A program made the position numbers and the translations under genes. A stretch of 64,000 bases of DNA. It comes from Scenedesmus sp. PABB004. Taxonomy: Eukaryota. The notes under the pieces are model-generated. The model was not told where the DNA came from. It ran no database searches and saw nothing but the letters and a program-made list of their open reading frames with translations. This document shows, one piece after another, positions 57,528 to 64,000 of the stretch. The DNA lies in contig JABVCE010000002.1 in NCBI GenBank assembly GCA_014905635.1, forward strand, positions 682,001-746,000. Reading direction: 5' to 3'. Numbering within the stretch: position 1 is the first letter of the stretch; the number at the start of each line of letters is the position of its first letter.

Positions 57528-58842
57528 TCACGCCGCCGGCTCGCTCTCCCACGGCTGCGCGACCTCCTGCAGCAGCGCCAGCGGCGAGCACGTCAGCGCA
57601 AACTCCAGGTCCTCCTGGCTGCGCAGCAGGATGGTGCCCGCAAACCCCAGCGCGCTGCGGGCGGCGGGTTCGGCAGCTGGTGTGGCACGGTGCAAGGGGC
57701 GCGCACTTGCGCAGCGCGGCGGCGGCAGGCGCGGCGGCGCGGCGCTCGCGCACTTGATCGCGATGCGCCCGGCCATCTCTTGCCGGCGCGGCACGAGCAG
57801 CATGAACCCCGAGGTCGACCCGGGTCCGGACGAGAGGACCACGTTGTAGCTCGGCGGCGCCGGCAGGCCCGCCGACGCCAGCGCGAGCAGCTGCGCGGCG
57901 GTCGCCTCGAGCTGCGCCGCGGTCGTGCTACGCGGCGCGCGGCGCGGCGCGCGGCGTTGCGGCGCGTGGACGGCCGGGGCGGGCGGGTGCCGGTGCCGCC
58001 GCCGCCGCCGCCGGCTGCGCGCCGCGCGCACCCAGCACACCTCGGCTCCAGCGCGACCGCGTACGCCCGGAACGGCAGCTGCGTCCGCAGCGCAAACGGC
58101 TGCAGCGCCGCCGCGCCCGCCGCCGCCTGCGCGGCCGCGACGAGCGGCTGCACGGGCGCCGCCGCCGCCGCGGCGCCTGGCTGCTGCTGCTGCCCCCCGC
58201 CGCCGTCGTCGAACGGCAGCGGCACGACCTGGACGTGCTTGTGCGGCTGCGAGCGCCCGCTGTGTTCCCCACAGTTGTAGAATGCCACGCCGCCGCGCGG
58301 CATCGCCGCCAGCACCTGCGCGCCGGCCGGGGCGCGGTGTGAGCCCTGGCGCGCGGCGTGCGGGCGCCACCGCGCTGCTGCTGCCCCCCCCCCCCCCACA
58401 CACACACACCCCGACACACCTGCAGCGTGGCGGCAAAGTCGGCCGCGTTGAGCGGGTCGGCCTGCGACTCAAAGCGCCGCGTCACGACGAGCACGTGGTG
58501 CGGCACGACGTTGAACTTGTTCAGCAGCAGCGTGTGGCTGTCACACAGGTGACCCACCCACAGCGCCTCCTCGTACGGCAGGAAGGGGTTGCGCGGCGGC
58601 CCGCCGCCGCCGGCCGCCGGCGGCGCGGCGCGCGGCTTGGCCCCGAGCGCCGCGGCGACGCGCAGCACCCACGACGCGCCGGCACCGGCGCCCGCGGGCA
58701 CGACCGTGGTGGAGGTGTCCGTCTTGCTGGCCGCGCCGCTCGCCTGCGCGCGGTCGTAGGCCGCGCACACGCGCGCCCACAGCTCGGCGCCGTCGCCGGC
58801 GGCAGCAGCAGCACTGGGCTGCTGCTGCTGCGGCGCAGCCAT
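57528..58842 (-). CDS. Ap4A phosphorylase / ATP adenylyltransferase (Apa1/2-type), 4 exons
   Basis: NPFLPYEEALWV, LLLNKFNVVPHHVLVVT, AFYNCGEHSGRSQPHKHVQ (HxHxQ), SYNVV, MLLVPRRQE and I|NALGFAG. Confidence 0.92.
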
Positions 58843-59246
58843 CGCCGCCCTGAGACTGCTGCTCCTGCCGCCGCCGCTGCCACTGCGTGCGCCGCTGCCG
58901 CTGGCGCAGACGCAGAGCCAGCGGGGGGGAGCACGGCCGCGGCGGCGCCCGAGTGGCGCGGTCCGCAGCGCGCGGCGGCGAGGCGCATCGCTGCGGCGCG
59001 GCGGGCAGCGGGTTTAACGGTACGTGGAATGGGCCGCGCGTGAGAGGGTGGACTCACCAAACAAAACCGCAGGCCTGGTGAGGCTTGCCGGTGCGACGCC
59101 GCCGCTGCTCTGCAGCTGCGGTCCCCCTCGCCGCCGTGGGCCACAACGCCCAATTGAGACCGCACACGCGCATCCCACCTTCACTCCTCAGCCGGCCGCA
59201 GCCTCGTCACGCGCGCCAGAGAGCGAGCGCGGGCAGCGTGGGAGGA

Positions 59247-61106
59247 ATGGCGGAGGCGCCCCGCGCCGAGCCCACGAACGCGGCCTGCCCCGTGCCCCTG
59301 GAGGCGCCACCCGATGCGGCCGTGCGCGTCAGCCCAGACGGCGGCGTGCTCAAGGTCGTCACGCAGGAGGGCGCGGGCGACCCGCCGGTGCTGCACGCCC
59401 GCTGCCTGGGTGCGGATGCGGCCGCCCGCGGCACGCCGCGGGTCGCGACCGATGCCAGCGCGCCCGGCGCACGCGCCGGCGGGGCTGCAGCGGCGCGCCA
59501 CGCGCTGCTGGCGCACCGGCGGGCCCGTGCTGCGCCGTCTCCGCTGCTGAGCGCGCGGCGCTGCCGCCCGCAGTGCACTTTGTGGGGCGCTGCCTGCCAA
59601 GCGGCGAGGTGTTCATGGACACCAAGGAGGAGAGCCAGTCGGGCGAGCCCTACGTCGTCGTTGCGGGCCGCAGTGCGTGGCGCCGGCGCTGGCGCGAGCG
59701 CGGCGCAGGCTGCGGCGCCGGCGCCGCCGCGGCCGGCGCGCGTTGCCCAGCCGCGTTGCGCCGCGCCCGCCCCGCCGCCCCGCGCCGCCAGACACCGCCA
59801 ACCGTGAGACGGGGCTCAACCTGGCGGTGGCCAGCATGCGGCCGGGCGAGCAGTCGCTCGTGTACATCACGGGTGCGCCGCTCGCTGCGCGTTGCGCCGC
59901 AGCGCCGCGCCGCACCATGCAGCGCCACCCAACCGCCGCACCGCACCGCGCCGCGCCGCCGCCCTGTCCGGGCGCCCAGACCCGGAATACGGCTACGGCG
60001 CCAAGGGCAGCTTCAGCTTCCCCAGCGTGCCGCCCGCGGCGCAGCTGGTGTACGAGCTCAGCATGCTCGCCTGGGAGCCGCCGGCAGAGGTGCGGGCACG
60101 GGCGGGGCCCCCGCTGCGCGCCGGACTGGTCGCCGAGCGCGCCGCCCGCGGCCGCCGCCGCCGCCGTGCGTAGGAGGTGGACCGGCGCTCGATGCTGTAC
60201 GAGGAGCGCCTGGAGGCGGCGGAGCGGCGCAAGGCCGAGGGCAACGCGCTCTTTGCGGCGGGGCAGCTGACCGAGGCGCTCGGCAAGTACGCGATGGTGA
60301 GCGCCGCGCGGTGCGCGCGCGGCGGGGCCGGCCCGGGGCCGGCGCGGGCGGCGGGGCGGTCCGCCAGTGGCGGCGCCGGCGCGCCGGCGCGGCCGAGCGC
60401 CCCTTGTCCTGCGCGCCCCGTCTTGTGCGCAGGCGCTGTCGTACTGCGACGAGGACTTCATGCTGCAGCTGAGCGGGCCGCACCTGGACAAGGCCGAGGC
60501 GGTGACCAACCCCGTCTTCCTCAACATGGCCGCGGTGCAGCTCAAGACGGGTGACTACGCGACCGCCGCGCACAACGCGACGCAGGCGCGACGCGCCGCG
60601 GCCGCGGCGGCGCGCACGGGGGCCGCCGCGGCCCGCCGACGGGGCCCGCTGACGGCGGCCCGCTGACGGCGGCACACCGCGCGCGCGCGTGCCCGCCCGC
60701 GCGGGCAGGTGCTGATGCGCGACCCCAAGTGCGTCAAGGCGCTCTTCCGCCGCGCCAAGGCGCGCGCCGGCATGGGGCGCACGGGCGAGGCGCTGGAGGA
60801 CCTCAGCCAGGCGGCGCTGCTGTGAGCCGCGCGGCGCGGCGGGGCGGCGGCGGGGGCGGCGGGGGCGGCGCCGTGCGGCAGCCGTGCGCGGCGCAGCGGG
60901 GCGGGGCGGCGGGCGCAGCGCGCGGCGCTCAGGCCGCGCCGCCGCGCCCCTGCCGCCCTGGGCGCAGGGACCCTGAGGACAAGGCGATCCAGCGGGACCT
61001 CGCGTCGCTCAAGCGCACGCAGCGCGAGGAGCAGTCCGCCACCGCCAAGCTCTTCCGGGGCGCGCTCGGCCCCGCGCCCAAGCCGAAGCCCGGCGGCGGC
61101 ATCGCC

Positions 61107-61146
<40 letters not shown>

Positions 61147-61355
61147 ATGGCGCGGCGCCAGACCCGGCGGCGCCAGCCAGCAGCGGGTCTGGCGGGGAGC
61201 GGGGCGCCGGCGCGGCAGCAGCGGCAGCAGGCGGCGGCGGCGGCGGCAGCAGCAGCTCGGGCGGCGGCCTGCTGCAGCGGCTGTTTGCCCTGCTCGCCGC
61301 GCTCGTGGCGATGCTGCGGTCCGTGCTGCAGCGGCCGGCGCCGGTGCCGGCGTGA
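59247..61355 (+). CDS. FKBP42/TWD1-like PPIase-fold + TPR protein with C-terminal membrane anchor, 8 exons
   Basis: GVLKVVTQEGAG; GLNLAVASMRPGE; YGYGAKGSFSFPSVPPAAQLVYE; ERLEAAERRKAEGNALF; LNMAAVQLK; VKALFRRAKAR; hydrophobic tail LLQRLFALLAALVAML. Confidence 0.9.
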
Positions 61356-61365
61356 GCGGGCGCGC

Positions 61366-61370
61366 TGTAA
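61366..61370 (+). terminator. polyadenylation signal TGTAA
   Basis: TGTAA about 10 nt after the FKBP stop codon. Confidence 0.45.
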
Positions 61371-61715
61371 AACAGCGCGTCCGAGCTGCTTTTGGGAGCT
61401 CACGAAAGCTCACCGAGCTGCCCAGAGGGCGCGCCCGCACCGCCAGGGCTTCGGCCGCTGAGTCCGTTCTGACGCAAGTCGCGGCGGCGGCGGGCCCGCG
61501 GCGGGCGCCCGCCTGCCTGCCACGCCCGCGCGTCTGCACGCCCGAGCTGCGGGGACGCCCTCCGAGCCGTCACAAGCAGCGTTTTGCGGCAACGCGGCAG
61601 CAAACGCCGAGCCCCCGCGCGCCACGCCGCGCGCGCTCGGTCGCAGCCGCTGCCAGCGTGCGCGACGAGGTACTCGCAACTCTGCGCTGCGCTGAGGCCG
61701 CAAGCGAGCGGCAGC

Positions 61716-64000
61716 ATGCAGCGCGCCCTCGCAGCACCGCGCGCCCTCGGCGCCGCGCCCCGGCCGCCCCGCGCCGCGTGCGCGCGGCCCGGCGTGACGC
61801 TGAGGTCGTCGTGCTGGCGCTCCCGCGCGCTGCGGCGCGATGATGAGCCGCGCCGCGCGCACGCGCCGGCGGAACCAGCGGCGGCGCCGGGCCGGCGGCG
61901 CCGCGCCTGCTGCCCGCGCTGGGCGCGGCGCTGGCGCTGGGCCTGGCTGTCGGCGTGGGCCGGGCTCACGCCACCCCCGCGCCACCGGCGCTGCCGGGGC
62001 CGCACGCCGTGGTCGAGTCTGTGGGCCTGGCCGTCGACGGCGCGCGCGCGTCGCTGGCCGCGCTGCAGAGCGGCGCGCTCGCGTCGGTGTCGGCGGCGGT
62101 GCGGGGCCTGCAGAGCGACGAGGTCATCAACGGCGCGCTCGCCGACATCGGCTCGGGCGTGCACGGCGCCGGCACCGCGCTGATCGAGACGAGCGCCACT
62201 CGCTGGGAGGTCTTTGCCTACAGGCTCAGCCAGCTGCTCGCGCTGCCCGCGTACGGCAAGGTGACGGCCGCTGGGGCGCGCCGCCGCGTGGCGCGCCACC
62301 CCGCGCGCCCGCGCGGCCACGCCCCTCCGCGCTCGCTCGCTCACTTGCTCGCGCGCTCTCCCGCAGGTCCTCACCGTCATCGCCTTTGTCGCGCCCGTGG
62401 TGCTGCTCGGCGCGCTCGCGTACCAGCGCGCCGCGGGCGCGACGTGGGGCGAGGCGCTCAAGCGCGCGTTCGCGCTGACCGTGTCGCTGCCGAGCTCGGG
62501 CCACTCGGTGGAGAGCAACAGCGGCCGCGTCGCCGCGGACGTGGTCCTGCACATCCTCTTCCTCTGCCACCTCCTCATCGTCTCCGTGGTGCTCGGCGGC
62601 GCCGTCGAGGACATCACGACGCGCGTGGCGCAGGTCCGCGCGCCCGCGCGCGCGCGCTGCCCGCGGCGAAACGCACGGCGGCGGCGTGTGCCGACGCGCG
62701 CCGCGCGCGCGCCGCGCCGCGCAGGTGCGGTCGAGCAACGGCCCGGTGGTGGAGCGCAAGCACACGCTGCTGCTCAACTGGTCCAACGAGGCCGTGCCGG
62801 CGCTGGAGCAGCTGATCCTGGCGCGCAAGGAGCTGGGCGCGGCCGCGCCGCACGGCGCGCTGGTGGTGCTCGCTGACAAGGCCAAGGACGAGCTCGACGC
62901 GGCGGTCGAGGGCCTGCGCGCGTCTGGCGTGCCCGTGGTGACGCGCTCCGGCAACCCGACGCTGCCGAGCCACCTCGCGCGCGTGGCGGCGTCGCACGCC
63001 GACACCGTGCTCCTGCTCTGGCCGGGCGGCGACGACGAGGCGACCGCGTGCGCGCAGCAGGCGGCCGTGCTGGCGGCGCTGTCGTCCGCGAGCGGGCGCG
63101 ACGCGGCGCGGCAGAGGGTGGTGGTGCAGAGCGCGGGCGCGCACACCACCGACATCAACGCCGCCAAGGCGCGCGCCGCCGCGCCGGGGGGCCGCCGCTC
63201 GGCGCCGCGGGCCCGGCGCCGCCGCTCGGCCGCCGCCGCTCAGCCGCCGCCGCCGCCGCCGCGCCGTCGGCGCAGATCGCGATCGAGGCGGCGCGCTCCG
63301 CGGCGCGGCGCGACGAGGTCGTGTCGCTCTCCACGAGCGGCAGCGAGCGCACGGGCCAGATCGTGGCGCAGGTGGCCAACCAGCCGGGCATTGAGGACGT
63401 CTTTGCCGACCTGCTGGAGTACGAGGAGGGAGAGGCGGGGGCAGAGTTCTACCTCGAGCCAACCCCGGCGCACCTCGAGGGTGAGCGCCCGCCGCGCGTG
63501 CAGCGGCCGCGCCGGCCGCGCGGAGGCGGCGGCGGGGGTGTGCCGCGCGCGCGCCGTGCCGCACGAGACGCGCGCCGCGCCGCCCGCCGCCCGCGTCGTC
63601 GCAGGCAAGAGCTACCAGTTTGCGCGGCGCTGCTACGACGGCGCGGTGCTGGTCGGCTTTGTGGACGGCGGCGGCGCGCTGACGCTCAACCCGCGCGACA
63701 ACGCCAAGGTGCCGCCCGGCGCGCGGCTCGTGTTTGTCGCGCGCAACGAGGACGCGGTGGTGCCGCGCGACGCGCCCTACCCGGTGCGCGCCGCGCGCTG
63801 GCGGGAGGGGGTTGGGGGCGCGCGTGCGCGCACCGGGTAAGGCGCGCCGCGGCGGCGCCCCGACGCGTCCGCGCCCCGGCCGCCGGCGGCGGCGCCGCGC
63901 GCCGCGCGCCGCAGACGGGCAAGGTCAAGCTGCGCGGCCGCGCCAGCAGCGCCGCGCCGGCGCGCAACATCACGGTCCTGGGCTTTGACGGCGGCGCCGA
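61716..64000 (+). CDS. CASTOR/POLLUX-like (POLLUX-like/PEC-type) cation channel, probably plastid-targeted; continues past the window end
   Basis: Transit-like N-terminus and TM segments. RCK-type motifs PVVERKHTLLLNW, LVVLADKAKDELD, VVTRSGNP...LARVAASHADTVLLL, VAQVANQPGIEDVFADLL...AEFY and LTLNPRD. Confidence 0.85.

Noticed and set aside
61716..61960. Apparent frameshift at the start of the POLLUX-like gene
   Set aside because: It is resolved by a 74-nt GT-AG intron (61805-61878) that restores the frame.
1..64000. Hundreds of long overlapping R/A/G/P-rich ORFs (e.g. 35320-38439 -, 19862-22804 -, 27642-30461 +)
   Set aside because: These are expected shadows of very high GC content, where stops are rare. 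They lie antisense or out of frame to recognisable spliced genes and have no domain-like content.
1..64000. Introner-like repeated intron elements or transposons
   Set aside because: Introns share only low-complexity gcgcg/ccgcg composition. No repeated intron family, terminal inverted repeats, target-site duplications, or transposase/RT motifs were seen.
1..64000. Selenoprotein or stop read-through at TGA codons
   Set aside because: Internal TGAs encountered fall in introns or at plausible C-termini, and none occupies a conserved Cys position.

Overview
This is eukaryotic nuclear DNA from an extremely GC-rich green alga (Chlorophyta; probably Chlorophyceae, which is an inference). It has short spliceosomal introns with GTGCG/GTGAG donors and CAG acceptors, TGTAA poly(A) signals, OPR proteins, plastid-targeted PRPS17 and a flagellar central-pair gene. 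About 28 tightly packed genes were reconstructed by manual splicing. Most long ORFs in the supplied track are GC-driven shadows or intron read-throughs. Recognisable genes are: a GT10 fucosyltransferase-like enzyme, a bZIP factor, a DUF1824 protein, an expansin-like DPBB/Ser-Pro rod/2xCBM1 protein, STT3, a SpoVS-like protein, CFAP119/C1a-32-like, RPS24, RBMX2/Snu17, two OPR proteins, MED4, SHPRH, a UBX protein, a phosducin-like protein, PRPS17, a nucleotide-sugar transporter, an Ap4A phosphorylase, FKBP42/TWD1-like, and a CASTOR/POLLUX-like channel that runs off the window. No tRNA, rRNA, CRISPR array or transposon was seen. The most interesting observations are: a probable 3-nt microexon that restores a W-C-C motif in the expansin-like gene; at least 9 obligate-looking GC-AG introns; a secreted Cys-rich orphan protein ending in a G-R-R amidation signal and paired head-to-head with a second secreted orphan; a eukaryotic tandem SpoVS-like protein; a GT10 enzyme with an altered donor-binding motif; and a candidate lipid-droplet hairpin protein. 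All family assignments come from remembered motifs, not database searches.
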